A stretch of DNA of 64,000 bases from Octopus sinensis (Eukaryota): the NCBI RefSeq assembly GCF_006345805.1, contig NC_042997.1, positions 7,130,001-7,194,000 on the forward strand, read 5' to 3'. The position numbers and the translations under genes are program-made. Positions 39,727 to 53,262 of this stretch are shown here, one piece after another; position 1 is the stretch's first letter; every line of letters starts with the position of its first letter. The notes beneath the pieces were generated by a model that did not search any database, was not told the origin of the DNA, and was given only the letters and a program-made list of their open reading frames with translations.

Positions 39727-40619
39727 CTTGAAATGTTTCACATGCTAAATAGTACTGGATACGGATGCAAATGCGAATGTAAGAAAAACACCTCATGTAT
39801 ATCTTACATATACATCTCCCGGCACCATTAGGCATTAATACGCCAGTTATTCAAATAGTATGCTGCACTTAATATTCTCAAGTAGACACCAAATCACTTA
39901 GCTCCACTTGAGAGAACATAAAATGCGTCATTACTAAAGTTGAAGTATACTGCTCAAAACCTATAATTGAAGGACTATATTTAACACGAAAGCAATGTGG
40001 CAGGTATTTAATAAGGCCACAAACTTTTATAAAATATACTTTGTTGGACTAGAAAAAATAACTATCAAAGAATAATGGAAAACTAACACTAATATGTATC
40101 ATAAATAGACAAAACACAATCTACTTTCCAGCTTCAAGGAAGCCAAAATAGAACAAAATATTACAAAACAGAAGCTACAATGAGAGACTGCTATGAGAAA
40201 TATAGAAACAACAGAATGTGACAAACAAATAGATCTAAACTAGAAGGAAACGAGGGTGAAAGAAGCCTCTTAAAAATTCCCTTGTTATATATATATTTTT
40301 CCGACATACTCTTTCATGCATATATCTGCTTGTGTGCCTCTGGTTCGGTTTATGGTGCTCCGTATTATTCGTTTCATGGGTATTTATTTACTTCATTTAT
40401 GGTTAAAGTATTGTCCTCGTTATATACCCAGTGTCTTAGTGTTCTCAGGTGTTATGCTATTTTGTGATTTTGCAATACGCTTTTTCTTTACATGTTGCAA
40501 TCAATCTCTAATATTTTCCCCCCATTTTGGGAATGTACCCTATTAATTGAAATAGTATACTGTGGTTCAAGAATGCATCTACATATAGACGATTTTCTTT
40601 TAAAGTTTTACACATATAT

Positions 40620-40842
40620 ACTGGCAGAACCGTTAGCACGCCGGGCGAAATGCGTAGCCGTATTTCGTCTACCGCTACGTTCCGAGTTCAAATTCCACCG
40701 AGGTCGACTTTGCCTTTCATCCTTTCGGGGTCGATAAATTAAGTACCAATAACGCACTGGGGTCGATATAATCGACTTAAATTCATTTGTCTGTCCTTGT
40801 TTGTCCCCTCTATGTTTAGCCCCTTGTGGGTAGTAAAGAAAC
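40620..40842 (+). mobile_element. SINE family A, near complete
   Basis: ctggcagaaccgttagcacgccgggcgaaatgc..gagttcaaattcc..gtcgactttgcctttcatcctttcggggtcgataaattaagtacc..cccttgtgggtagtaaagaa. Confidence 0.9.
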
Positions 40843-41166
40843 ATATAATGCTGTACTTTTGATATAGGCTTTAGAGTACCGATTTAGGAAAATGAAAATA
40901 AGAAAGAAGGGGAAATTTTACTAGTGAGTGCGTTCAACTTTAAGGCACACAAAGAAAATGGCCCTCCTCAGACACAACAGAATATATATATATATATATA
41001 TATGATAGGTATTTGTATTCCATAATATATGTGTGTATGTATTATGTATTTGTTTAATGCATACCTATAATCAGTGCAATTAACGAGAAAATATATGAAG
41101 GAAGAGAACTTACGTTTTCTGAATGAGGAGAGATAACACGACCTTTCTGGCAGAGTTAAAAATGAC

Positions 41167-41224
<58 letters not shown>

Positions 41225-41234
41225 ATGTATGTAC

Positions 41235-44200
41235 ACGAAGTGAGCAAGGAACGAGACAGGTAATCTCGTTTAATTCCTGTTAACGAACGACACAGACAAT
41301 CTCTTTTATTTCCTGTTAAAAAGAGAACACCAAAATCGAACGAGGGAGAGTTCAGAATACTGCAACGGCATTGCGTGGATAGTAAAAAATACGAGACAGA
41401 GCTGCATACGGATCGGACCGTTTACTACCCACCTTTGAACATTCAAAGACTGGACATGAAATTATTTGCGTATTATACCTTTTGTTACATAATTACATCT
41501 TTGAATATTAATTCAGTGATTGTGCAATTTCTGTTGTTGCGTTGAGAAGTTCACCCTATTATATATAAGAATTTGCATGATCGAAACAAGTTGGGGGATC
41601 GTCGGGTAACTCTACGTTATAATACAACTTTTCTATTCACCTATGAACTGATCGATTTGAGTTTAGAAAAAAAAATTTTGCATAGAATTATTGAAAAGTT
41701 ATATACAAAATTTCTACTGCTGAAATATACATATATTACCTGTATAATTTAGTATTATCATTCAAAATTCTTCTTGTGAAACCAGTATTTGAATATGGAA
41801 TTCAAGGTTGAAGAATTTATTGAATTTCCCAGTGTAGAGCAATTAAGGATTTTTTAAAAAAATCAGAATTGTTTTTATTGGCCAAGCATTACTATCCGGA
41901 TGTGACTAAGTCCACCATGAAAGAGGAAGAGATTCTCAAAGTGGTTTTGAAACATTTGGTTCATGAAGAAATTTTCGAAGATTCCGCTTTGTGCCATTGT
42001 TGAAATCAGAGAAAACAGAAGAGTTGAAATTGAGGAAATTAGAATTAGAATTTCAAAAATCAATAAAGGAAATGGAAATTAAAAATAATTAAAATTGAAA
42101 GAAGCGGATTTACAGAGCAGAAAGCTGGGCACTTCTCGTGATCAGAAAGATTTTGATGTAGCTAAAATTATTAGATGTGTACCTCCATTTAATGAAAAGG
42201 TGGCAATAAATTTGAGATGGCTTGTGGAGCATTGAACGATGTTAATACAAAGTATTTTAAAAGGCAGAGATCAGGAAGTCTATTCATCTTTATCGAACGA
42301 AGCAAGTTTCAGTTAGATCGTCAAACAGGCAATTCTAAAAGCTTATGAACTGGTCTCTGAATCACATAGCAAAAACTTTAGATAGTCCAAGAAAATAAGT
42401 GAGGATATTTACGTAGCATTTGCTAGAGAGAAGGGAAATTTGTTTGATAGGTGGTGTATGACAAAAGAATTGGTGAAAGATTTCCACAAATTGATGTAGC
42501 TCAATTAGAGGAGTTCAAACAGTGTGTTCATGTTGATATTAGGGCTTATTTGGAAAAGCAGAGTAGAACAGTTACAAGAGGCGGTAGTTTAGCAAATGAT
42601 TACTCTATTACTCATAAGCGTGAGTTCAAGCTGTAGGGTTATTATCGTCCGGATAATCTCGAGTTAGGTAAGGCAAGTAAGTCAATTTATTCAGCTCGTT
42701 CAGGTTCGAATCCTAACAAGTCCAGTGGTTCAGAGTTAAGAAAGTCAACCAGTCCATTTGTTTCTAAATCTGATTCAAATTTCCATTGAAGAATTATTTC
42801 TACATATTTTAGAAAGTCATGTCATTTGATTTCTGAGTTGTAAAAAGCTCAAGTTAAAAGATCAGTCACAAACCTTACTCCACGCTTTTGTGAATGTCAA
42901 GTTTCAGCCTATTTCCAGCATTTTGTTTCAGTAGTTTAGTCACCAAAGCCTGCTGTTTTTGTTGCGGAGGGTTACTTGCCTTTTATTTCAACAGGGTTTG
43001 TCTCATTTGAGGGTGATCCGTCCACATTACGACCCATTACTATTTTGAGAAAGACAGGCGCACTCGAGTCTCTATTGTTGGAAGGCACTCTTCCTTTCTC
43101 GGAAGTGTCGTCTGCTACGTCTGATATTCTATTAGAGCGCATTAGTGGAATTTCAGGTGCACCTCTTCATTTTGTTGATTTGCATTCAGATTTTGTGTCT
43201 TAATTGGTGAAAACTGGTGTTAAGAAACTCTCCCAGTTTCAGGTGTAAACTTGCTTATTGGAAATGATTTAGCAGGGTCTACGGTTTTGTCTGAGCCACA
43301 TGTTACCATTTAGTCAAGCACTTCTGAAAGCACAGAATCCCTTCACCAAATTATTCCTGGTATCTCCCCTCGTGTACTGTGACTCGTTCTATGGCTAACT
43401 CGATCTCGCAAGAGATTTCCAAAAACATCTCGAAAGTGATTTCAGATAACAACACCTCGAAAGAGAATTTTAATAAGAATGATAGTTCTGATCTTGCTGG
43501 ATTTTTATGGATCATTCTCTACAGGATTTCTTTTTAAGTGAGAGTACTTTTGTTCCGAGCAGTACAGCTCAGTTTTCGTGACCCGACCCTGTACTCCCTC
43601 GTTCGCAGCTCATTTCATCTCAGGGTGACGATCCTGAAATTCAAACATTGGCCTATATTGCGTCAGGATGTGTTTCAGTTTTGTAAGACTTGTCATGCTT
43701 GTCAGGTGGTAGGAAAGACCAATCGGGAAATCCCCCCTGCCCCACTAAAACCCATTCCCGAATTTGAAGATCTATTCAGTAGAGTCATTATTGATTGTGC
43801 TATCCCATTGCCAAACACTAAGTCTGGAAATCGAAATCTGTTGACAATTATGTGCGCAGCGAAAAGGCTCATTGAGGTTATCCCATTGAGGAAGATGACA
43901 TCTCCTGTAATATGTAAGGTTTTGAGGAAATTTTCCATTATGTTTGGTTTGACTAAGGAGGTTTAGTCTGATCAAGGGTCTAATTGCATGTCAAGTTTGT
44001 TTCAACAGACAATGTATGAGCTGGGAATTAGACAAGTTAAGTCCAGTGCTTACAATCCTGAGTCCCAAGGGACACTGGAAATATTTCATCAGGCTCTTAA
44101 AAATATGATCAGTGTTTATTGCTTTGAAACAGAGAAAGAATGGGATGAAGGCATTCAGCTGTTGTTTGCCGTTAGGGAGTTAGTTAAGGAGTCATTAGGA

Positions 44201-44965
44201 TTATATCCCTTTGAGTTAGCTTTTGGTCACAGTGACACAGGCCCACTCAAATGCATGAAAGAATTATGGCTTAATGACCAATCCCAGTTGAACCTGCTAG
44301 ACTATGTGTCTACTTTTCGAAAGAGACTTTCCAAAGCTACAGAGATTGCCTGAGAACATTTGAAGAAACCACAGGACAAAATGAACGCCATTTATGACAA
44401 AAACTGTAAAGCTCGAAATTTCAGTCCTGGCGACAAGGTTTTGGTGATACTACCCATTCCTGGTTAACCATTTAGAGCCAAATATCATGGTCCATATTTG
44501 TTTGAGAAGAAATTCAGTGATACTGACTACATTGTTCAAACTCCAGGCCGCCGAAAACAAAAACGGCTTTGTCACATGAATATGATTGGAAAGTATTATG
44601 ACAGGTCTAAATGTGTGCCACCAAAAGTCATTGCTATTGCCATTCCTATTGATCATAATTCAGACAAGTTGAAAGAAGAATGTAGGCATTTGAAATTTGA
44701 GGATTTGGCTGAGAAGGCTAACCCAAGTTTAAGAAAGTCTGAAGTGTTAGCAAATATTCAGGAAAAGATAGCTCAACTTACTCCAGAACAACAATGTCAA
44801 TTGTCAGATTTGCTTCGTGAATATCTGCATTTATTCCCGGATGTACCTTGGCGTACCGATTTAGTTAGTCATGATATTGATGTTGGTGATTAAAATCCGG
44901 TTAAACAACATCCTTATCACCTTAAACCACTCTAGTTGTAATATCTCCGAAAAGAGGTCAACTAC
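41235..44965 (+). mobile_element. Gmr1-type Ty3/Gypsy LTR retrotransposon (5' LTR, PBS, gag, PR, IN, start of RT), truncated
   Basis: LTR-like segment ends ..aca at 41588, then a PBS. gag MEFKVEEFIEFPSVEQL from ~41796; protease ITILRKTGALESLL; integrase CKTCHACQVVGK..FSRVIIDC..SDQG..SSAYNPESQG; then VPWRTDLVSHDIDVGD (RT start). IN precedes RT. Confidence 0.85.
41592..41606 (+). promoter_or_regulatory. Primer binding site, tRNA-Pro-like
   Basis: tgggggatcgtcggg versus TGGGGGCTCGTCCGGG (complement of the tRNA-Pro 3' end), just after the LTR-terminal CA. Confidence 0.7.
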
Positions 44966-45240
44966 GTTCATTGGAACAGTTTACTCCTGAAATTAACGTG
45001 AAAGTGGCTAAGCCCTCCACAGACACGTGAACCCTTAACTTTGTTCCTAGGGAGATCCAGCGTGACACGGTGTGTGACAAAGCTTGCCCTTTGATATACA
45101 GGTTCTACACTTTTTTGCCAGCTGAGTGGACTGAGGCAACGTGAAATAAAGTGTCTTGCGCAAGGACAGAACGCGTCACTGGGAATTGAACTCACCACCT
45201 TACGATCGTGAGCCGAATGCCCTAAACCCTAAGGCACGTG
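44966..45240 (-). mobile_element. tRNA-derived SINE related to family C, at the break of the Gmr1 element
   Basis: Minus strand cacgtgccttagggtttagggc..gagttcaattccc..ccttgcgcaagacactttatttcacgttgc..cactcagctg. Confidence 0.8.
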
Positions 45241-46329
45241 ACACATGATTGACCGCTAAAGTTCTTTTAATTCCCTCACTATTTATTTCCTCGTGTTTCT
45301 TTTCTGTTAAAACGCGTAAGCTGCAAACGTAAAATATTTTCACACCTCCAGTACGTCAAATTCATGCACCTGCTTTTTCTTTATACATCTGTCTTCGTCT
45401 TTTGTTTTTCTGTAAATTTCAACTGCATATACACGCATATAAATATATGTATACATGTGTGTGTATCTATTATGTATGCATGTGTGCATGTATGGATATA
45501 TGTATATGTGTGTTTATGTATATGCATAAGAGTTTCTATGCATGAGGATATTTCTGCATAAGCAGCTAGTGTACGTATGTCTAGGTGATATTATTTGTAT
45601 CGAGGAAGAACAATGTTTTTGTTTTTTGCTAGGTGTTAGTAAGCATGGTGTGTATAAATATGTGTGGTTATTGTGAAAGAATATAATCTAAACATTGGTA
45701 AAGGTCTATATAATTTGCTTACATTAGACATCAGCAATGCGTCGAGTAATCAAACAGCCTGTTACAAAATAGACAAAAATCGTAAATCTATGATGTTGAA
45801 CTCTGCAGTAGACATTATATGTGTCACTGAACAATAACTAGCAGATTGCTGGAAGCGTTACTGTAAACATGTAACAAATAGAGTAAATGAATTTCTTATG
45901 AACATCGATTATAATGTCGACGGAGAAGAAAGAAAAACTAATGAGACTGGCCAGAGGAAAAATGAGTATCAATATTTTTTTCCTTCTGTGTCTACGTAAA
46001 ATTATTGAATGTTACTAATAAACTCAGAAGATATCAGACGGAGCGGGGTCAATATTTTGATTCATGCTGAAACTGATTACTGTGCGTATGATCGGTTGTG
46101 GTTTATTGTTTCACTCAAATTGACTTAAAAATACCGTTTCTTATAACATACAATCCCGCGTCTGTGTGTGTGTGTGTGTGTGTGTGTGCATATGTGTGTA
46201 TGTGTGTGTGCGTGGGCATGGTGTCTATGTGTTTGTGTGTATATATGTACGTGAAGTATATTTCTATATAGATATTAATGAAATATACACAAGCATTATA
46301 TGTTTATGTGCGAGTATATATATTTTCGT

Positions 46330-46664
46330 TTATTTTTTGGCTTGTTTCAGTCATTTGATTGCGACCATGATGGAGCACTGCTTTTAATCGAGAACATCGA
46401 CCCCAGGACTTATTCTTTGTACGCCTAGTACTTATTCTATCGTTCTCTTTTGCTGAAACGCTAGCTTACGGGGACGCAAACACACCAACATCGTTTCTGA
46501 AGTGATGTTGGTGATCAAACAGAGACGGTCATCTTTCAGTTTCCATCTACAAAAATCCACTCTTAAGGCTTTGGTCGGCCTGAGGCTATAGTAGAAGACA
46601 CATGCCCAAGGTGCCACGGAGTCGAACGGAACCCAAAACTATATGGTTTGTAAGCAAGCTACTT
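46330..46664 (-). mobile_element. SINE family B (octopus OR-like), body; head displaced to 49614-49650
   Basis: Reverse complement aligns with 53263-53645 from agtagcttgcttac onward. Confidence 0.85.
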
Positions 46665-47099
46665 TATTTCAAAATTTTACCATAATGACATAACATAGAG
46701 GGGGCACTACAAAACATGTGGGGACATATAATAATTAAAAATGTATACAAATAAAATATGATATTATGAATGACACGTGAAAATGAATATGAAAAAATAA
46801 AATCTAAATATTAAAATGAAAATATTAAAGTTATGAGAACATGAATATCTTGAAAATGAGAATATGAAAAGTGTGTTACTCATTCCACAAAGAGTAACAC
46901 CACTTGCTACCTCTGAGTCTTTAATCCTCTTTAGCCTCTAGCCTAGTTCTTCTTTTTCCGTTTTTACCATCACTGAGTGACAACACTCTCACCGCCATGT
47001 AGACGCAACCATTTTCATCGGGGGAGGGGTCTTGTAAATTTGTGGTTTGTGTTCTTTCTTATTTTCCTGTGGGGAAAGGTGGTGTGTGGGTTTGGTGTA

Positions 47100-47808
47100 T
47101 GGAGGTGGTGGTCTGAGTGGTCCTGAGTTGGTCTGGGATACAACATCATACTCACTGTTTTTCCTTTTCTTCCTCTTCCTTTTACTCTCTGTTACTATCC
47201 ACTCTTCCTCGTTCTTTCCGTCTGTCTGTTCTTTTCCCCCTTTTCTCCTCCGTCTCCACAACCGCTTCTTCTGTTATTTCCCTCTGCAGAGGGCAGTGTG
47301 CTCCAATGTGGACCTTTGGGCGACGTTTAAACATCGTGGATTCTGCGCTCGACCCACACTCTCTATAAATTCTCTCCTAACCTCACTTTCTCCGCCAAAC
47401 TCTCCAAAAATCTCTCCTCTGCCTGTATAATGGCGTCCAGTTATATCCTCTCCATCCCCCATTCTCCGTTTCCATGGCTTGGCGGACAGCCACCTTCTCT
47501 TCATTTCCAACGAGGACGGCTGCCAACACCCTAGCCTCCTCTATATCGGGTGGGATTCCTTCCACCTGCACCTTGGATGTCTTTCTTCCTAGATACATGG
47601 GCAGAAGCATAACATCCTCCGTTCTCGCCGCCACACTCACCAGTCTCCTCATTCCTCCACATTCCTAAACTGGACAACCTTGTTATACTTATAATTTGGC
47701 TTGATTGTTGCCTCAATGCCTTTTCTATTTTTGCCCCTTCCACCTGTTCAACCCTCTTCTCCAAGGAGCGTACTTTGTAGGTGATGGGTTTCTCTCTATG
47801 TTCTCCAT
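47100..47808 (-). pseudogene. ORF1b: second ORF1-like copy with decayed knuckle
   Basis: ..KVRSLEKRVEQVEGAKIEKAL..LLPMYLGRKTSKVQVEGIPPDI..PRC..KVHIGAHC (47293-47333), then a Lys/Glu-rich tail. Confidence 0.7.
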
Positions 47809-48299
47809 GATTCTTTTAGGCGGCGACAACTTCACATCGCCGGCTACCTTCTGTGTCAATCTACTCCTTCAATCTAGCCAGGTCCGCTTCACTTCTCTTC
47901 ACCTCCGCAGCCTCAGCAAAACACATTACATCTGCAATTCTAAGTCGGGGCTCCAAAAAGCAAAACTATATTGGTCCTTGTGAAAGGAGTCCGTCACTTT
48001 GAAAATATCATTCTCCATTATGAACTCCACAGGTAACTGCGGGGGCCAATCCGGGTCTTCAGTCCAGGACAGGATCATCTCCCTCCGACCCTCTAGCTAC
48101 TTCCCAAAGCTCCCTTATCATAATGGGAGGGGGGCCTCAGTTTTCTCCGTCGGTAGCACAAATCCCACCGACGAGATTTCAGGTCATGCCGCAGTGTACT
48201 ACTAACCGGCGGCAATACTCCATTCTTCATCTTCTTTTTTTTTCTACCTTGTGCTATGGGAGGGTGTTGTTCCTCCGCTTTATCCGGGGATCTTCTCTC

Positions 48300-49014
48300 C
48301 CTTCCGCAGATTTGGGGTCCTTCGGTGAGCAACCTTCTTCCTTTTTTCCCTTTCTTCGAGGAGATCTACAGCTTCTCGACTGCATCCATCTCTCCCTCCA
48401 AATGAGGATGGGGTGCTAATTTAATTAACTGCTCCAGGACCCTACTTTGGTCCTGGGGACAGTTACTCTTAATATGGCTTGGTTCCAGGCACAGATGACA
48501 CTTGGTGGAGGGAGACCCTCAAGTATCATGGGTTACCTGCAACCGGAAATTTTCAGAAGATCTGGAAATACCAGATCTTTAGCGGCTGATTGGGTCTATA
48601 GTGTCAAAACCGCTTTTTACCCCACCTAATCAGCAGCCGGCAACAATTTCACATTTAAAAGCTTGGGCTCGCTCCCACCCAGACCCCGGCGGATAGTATC
48701 TTCTATCCATTCCGGTACAATGCCCGCTGGCAGCCCACAGACCCAAGATCTCATTAATTTCTTCCCACAATATGTGGGAAGAAACAGAATCTCTTGCCCT
48801 TCTAAGAGCTGGCTCGCAAATTTGCGAGCCATCTTAGTGGTGTCAATATCAGCCACACCGTTGTATATCTAACACCCATGGAAATAAACTTAATAGTTGG
48901 CAATTATTCTGCCGACTCTTTTTCTATTTCTCTCTTAGGAAAGCCCACGATGGTGTCCAGTGACTTATAATAAGTCCTTAACACCACCGTTCTTTCCTCT
49001 AAGTTTTTAGCCAT
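48300..49014 (-). pseudogene. ORF1a: L1/Tx1-type ORF1-like with CCHC zinc knuckle
   Basis: MAKNLEERTVVLRT..LFLPTYCGKKLMRSWVCGLPAGI..CHLCLEPSHIKSNC (C-X2-C-X4-H-X4-C at 48459-48500); stops and frameshifts. Confidence 0.7.
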
Positions 49015-49613
49015 TGTGTGGGTGGGATGATTTCCCATTGCAACGGAGTGTTCAATTTCTTCGCCATTCTTTGAAGAAAAAGTTCAGAAAAAGCAACAAA
49101 AGTCCAAACAAAGTCAAAAGAAAACAGTTCGAAGGGCGACAAAGAAGAGCAGAAAGACAAATAAGACTAAAAGAAAGAAGGAAGGAAGACAGTTCAAAAC
49201 ACGGCAACACACAATTCGGGCTAACCGTACTCTTGGCCAACAGGTAATCCAAAAAGTACTCCAAAATTAAACTGACACACAGCTTCAAAAAATATTCGCC
49301 ACAAATTGGTAGAAAGTAAGAATTTTTTTCATAAAACATTTTCACAATTTTTGGAGGAGGGATACGCCCCCAGAAGAACACAATTCTCAAAATTCAATGA
49401 GACAGCGCAACTATAGTCAGACAAAGGCCTCGGAACTCAGTAAGGATTTCTTGTTCGAAAAAAAAGGACAACAAACAACAAACCCCCACTGAATCTCCCA
49501 AAAAACAAATGTCTTACCTTATTGTTGCGCCTTCAATGTTCTTCAATTCAAGACCGTTGCAAAGCAACGTCTTCACAACACCAGTGCAGTAGTAAACAAA
49601 CTAACGCATGCGC

Positions 49614-49650
49614 GTAAGCGAGCTGCTTACCACACGGCAACACCTGCATC
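49614..49650 (-). mobile_element. 5' head of the interrupted family B SINE
   Basis: Reverse complement gatgcaggtgttgccgtgtggtaagcagctcgcttac matches the family B head. Confidence 0.8.
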
Positions 49651-50127
49651 TTGATAGATAGATAGATGGATAAATACTTACATACATACACACATATATA
49701 GACAGAGAGAGGGGGGAATGAGATAATAGTCTTGTGCGCTGTTGCTATATCCAAATATCTTTCCTTCTTTGAGCGCTTGGCACATACACATATATTGATA
49801 TGGATTTCAGCATTTCAAATTAATATCTAATTAATATGTCACACTGAAGTCTGTTGTAATTTGTAATAAAATTATATGTATATGTGTGTACGGGCAGGGG
49901 TGTTTCGCATCTCTACTCACCACAAAACAATATCTGTGAACCGCAGTCTCCTTGCTATTTCTCTTCCTCGGCACAGAATAACTGCTCGTCTACAGAGGGA
50001 GCTGCCTAACCCTTGTTTTAAAAAGAGCACTGTTACTGAATATCTCGCGTTGAGATATTTAAAAATATTATTATTTCTATATACATATACCTAATTTATT
50101 GTTAAAGCTGAAAATCATCACTAAAAT

Positions 50128-50168
50128 ATACTACTTAGAGTTTCACGGTCCCGTTCGTCAGGCAGTTG
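50128..50168 (-). ncRNA. Degenerate minimal hammerhead ribozyme
   Basis: actgc-CTGACGA-acgggaccgt-GAAA-ctctaa-gtagt; stem III and cleavage triplet damaged. Confidence 0.45.
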
Positions 50169-51298
50169 TGATTTTCAATTAAAGACATGATCAATATAAA
50201 TACAAAAGTTATTTTTTTCTTCACCACCTTAAAAGCCACGATGTACTAAACAATCAAGTCTCACCATACCAGTACAAACTCCATGTCTCTATACCTCCCC
50301 TTCCTCCTCAAAAATAATTTTTATTCTGTCTTCTCCTTGCTTGGCAAACACCACAAAAGTTTCATATTGAAAAAGGCCAAGAAATATAACTTTTTGATAA
50401 ATCCGAATACGGATGAAAGCGCTGAAAATATGTAAATAAAATGTAATTCATATATAATCATGCAACATTCTAACTACCTTATTATCCTATATATATGTGT
50501 GTGCGTGTGTGTATGTATATACTAATCTTATATATGTCAATCTTCAGTATACGTTTAATATAATGTACAAGGTTGATGTCTTCAATGCTAACTTCAGTTT
50601 AACTATAGTCATGTCAAATATACTTCTCACCTATGTTTGAATATGTAAGAAATGCTAAAACAATACAGCGCATGTATTTGGAATTCAATGCGAATGTAAT
50701 TTTCTTTATCGGAATCTCTGCTGAACATAGTGCTGTGTATGCAGTATGGATACGATCACTTTTCAGGAGCACAAATGTATATTTATACATAACATTTTTT
50801 CCCGATATAACATGTGTGTATGATGTGTGAGTGTGTATGCGTCTGCCCCTGTGTGTGTGCGTGTGTGAGTCTGTGTGCATGTATGGTATGTTTGTTATTG
50901 AAATCAATCTCTTCATTTACGCTAAAATCCTTTTAACGAATTAAAAGTTTTAAGGCAGCCCTCATTACATTCGGCTAATGTTACATTTCAATTCTATTTT
51001 GAGATGCCAGTGAAAAATATTCTAAATTTGCATTTGGCTATAAAGTCCACATTAATTACCTTCGAAGAAAATGAAGAAATTTGATTTTTAACTTATGAAC
51101 TCAGTCCTAAGAGCATGCTACATACAACACCAGTCGCCCACGCCAATGGAAAACATCAAACACAAGAGAAAGATTTGGTTTGCCATTTACTTATTGCACA
51201 CGTACTTTCAAATGTATACGCGCTTATATTTATTTATTTACGATTCTGAGCCCAGATATTTCTAGGAGCAAACAAACACACACCAAATACATTTAAAT

Positions 51299-51705
51299 AG
51301 GTGCAGGTATGGCTGTGTAATAAGAAGATTGCTTCCAAACCACATGGCTCCGGGCTCGGTCCCACTGCGTGCCAACTTGGGTAGGTGTCTTCTACTCTAG
51401 ACTCGGCCAGGTCAAAGCCTTTTGAATGCATTTGTTAGACGGAAACTGAAAGAGTCCCGTCGTATATATTTATATGTATATTATTATATGTGTTTGTACT
51501 TGTCTCCACGTCCAAGCATTGACAACTAGTGTTAGTACTGCTGTGTTTATATCCATGTAACATAGTGGGTCGGTAAAAGAGTTCGACGAAATAAATACCA
51601 GGATCAAAGGAAAAGTAATGGTATTCGCTACATTCGACTATAAATTCTTGAAGGCCTACCCCGGGATGGCGGCAGTATAATGACTGAAATAAAGAAATAA
51701 AAGAT
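51299..51705 (+). mobile_element. SINE family B, diverged
   Basis: aggtgcaggtatggctgtgtaataag..cccactgcgtg..tagacggaaactgaaag..atgactgaaa. Confidence 0.85.
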
Positions 51706-51723
51706 AATATATATACGTGTGTG

Positions 51724-51764
<41 letters not shown>

Positions 51765-51767
<3 letters not shown>

Positions 51768-52000
51768 CTGATGAATATGGTACTTAAGTTAAATACATCA
51801 GGATTTGGTATGTTATTATCCATATAAATCAAATGGGGTGATTATAATCAAAATAAGCAACAAGGATATCCAAAGGTAGTGCAGTGCCATCGTTTCATGC
51901 TACTTCATCTAATTAAACAATGCAAGTATTAAATCAGTTTTAAAATGTAGAGCAATCTTCAGCTGCATATGGAATTGTTTTAGTTAAATTGACAAGAAAC
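51765..52000 (-). mobile_element. Penelope-like pLTR fragment with degenerate hammerhead
   Basis: Minus strand tgcag-CTGAAGA-ttgctctac...gtagcat-GAAA-cgatggca-ctgca (~51880-51967). Confidence 0.6.
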
Positions 52001-52848
52001 ATTTTATATTTAATATAGAGCAAATTATAATTTATATATATTTATAGTTAGTTAGTAAATAGTAATTTATTTATATTAATGAGTTACATTAAAGAAATAT
52101 GCTAGACATGTCATTTATTTTCTGCATGTTAATGACTCAAGAATATACTTTGAAAAAATATTTCTGCTTAGTTTTTCCTTTATAAATTACACAGCCTGGC
52201 TCTACAAAAGTTATAATGTATTTAGAAACATATGTTTCGTTATATACGTTATATCTATTTTTATGTATATACTATACTTCCTATTATTTTCATATATACA
52301 ATGTTAGATGCAAGAAAACATATGTTTCAAACAAAGATATAACGTCAAAAAATTATACATATGTATCTATATAAACACAGATATGATTATGCCACATTTG
52401 GATAACTTAATTTGAATGAGGTAAGGCAAGTATATTTCGAAGCATTATAAAGTAGCGCACATTTAAATAAGAAATTGTAATACATCTTTCTTCAATGATA
52501 ATAGTAATAGACAAGTAATGAACTGAAAGAGATGGAAAGAGAAGGTCAGATGTGGAGAGAGTAAGTGAGTGGGAGTGAAGGAGGTTGGTAAATGGAGTGA
52601 GAGGGTGCGGGTCTTGGGGTAGAAAGAGTGCGAAAAGGAGAAGTATTGTTCATATTAATGTTCAAATGGAACAAATAGATCTGAATACACACGTTCAACC
52701 AGCGTGTTCAAAACTCCTAGGTGAAAACAGTAAAGCTGAAATTTAAATTATGTATGCATATATGTGTGTATAAATATACACACACATATGAATAGATATA
52801 GATTGATAAATAGATAGATGAACAGACCTAAATACCGACAGACATACA

Positions 52849-53040
<192 letters not shown>

Positions 53041-53262
53041 TGTTGATTGATGTGGAATCATCGGAAAAATGGAGCACAACTTCTTCGAATGAACTTGCTT
53101 ATTAAAGAGATAAAAATTAGTAAAGAAATGGTATTACTAATTAATTTTAGCAGTCACTGCTCTGTTTTAGTGTAACATTTCCTTTTCAGGAAACCGGAAG
53201 CTACATCAGATTATAAAATCACAAGGATAATTCACTATAACAATGAGATATTATTAATATAT

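Larger units (their letters stand above)
46665..49613 (-). mobile_element. RT-less L1/Tx1-type element with two tandem ORF1-like genes, flanked by a 15-bp TSD
   Basis: TSD gtaagcaagctactt (46650-46664) / gtaagcgagctgctt (49614-49628); 3' end gaaataaa; two homologous ORF1 remnants. Confidence 0.75.

Noticed and set aside
39990-40610. Apparent inverted repeat from A-rich then T-rich halves
   Set aside because: Only compositional mirror symmetry; the halves do not align.
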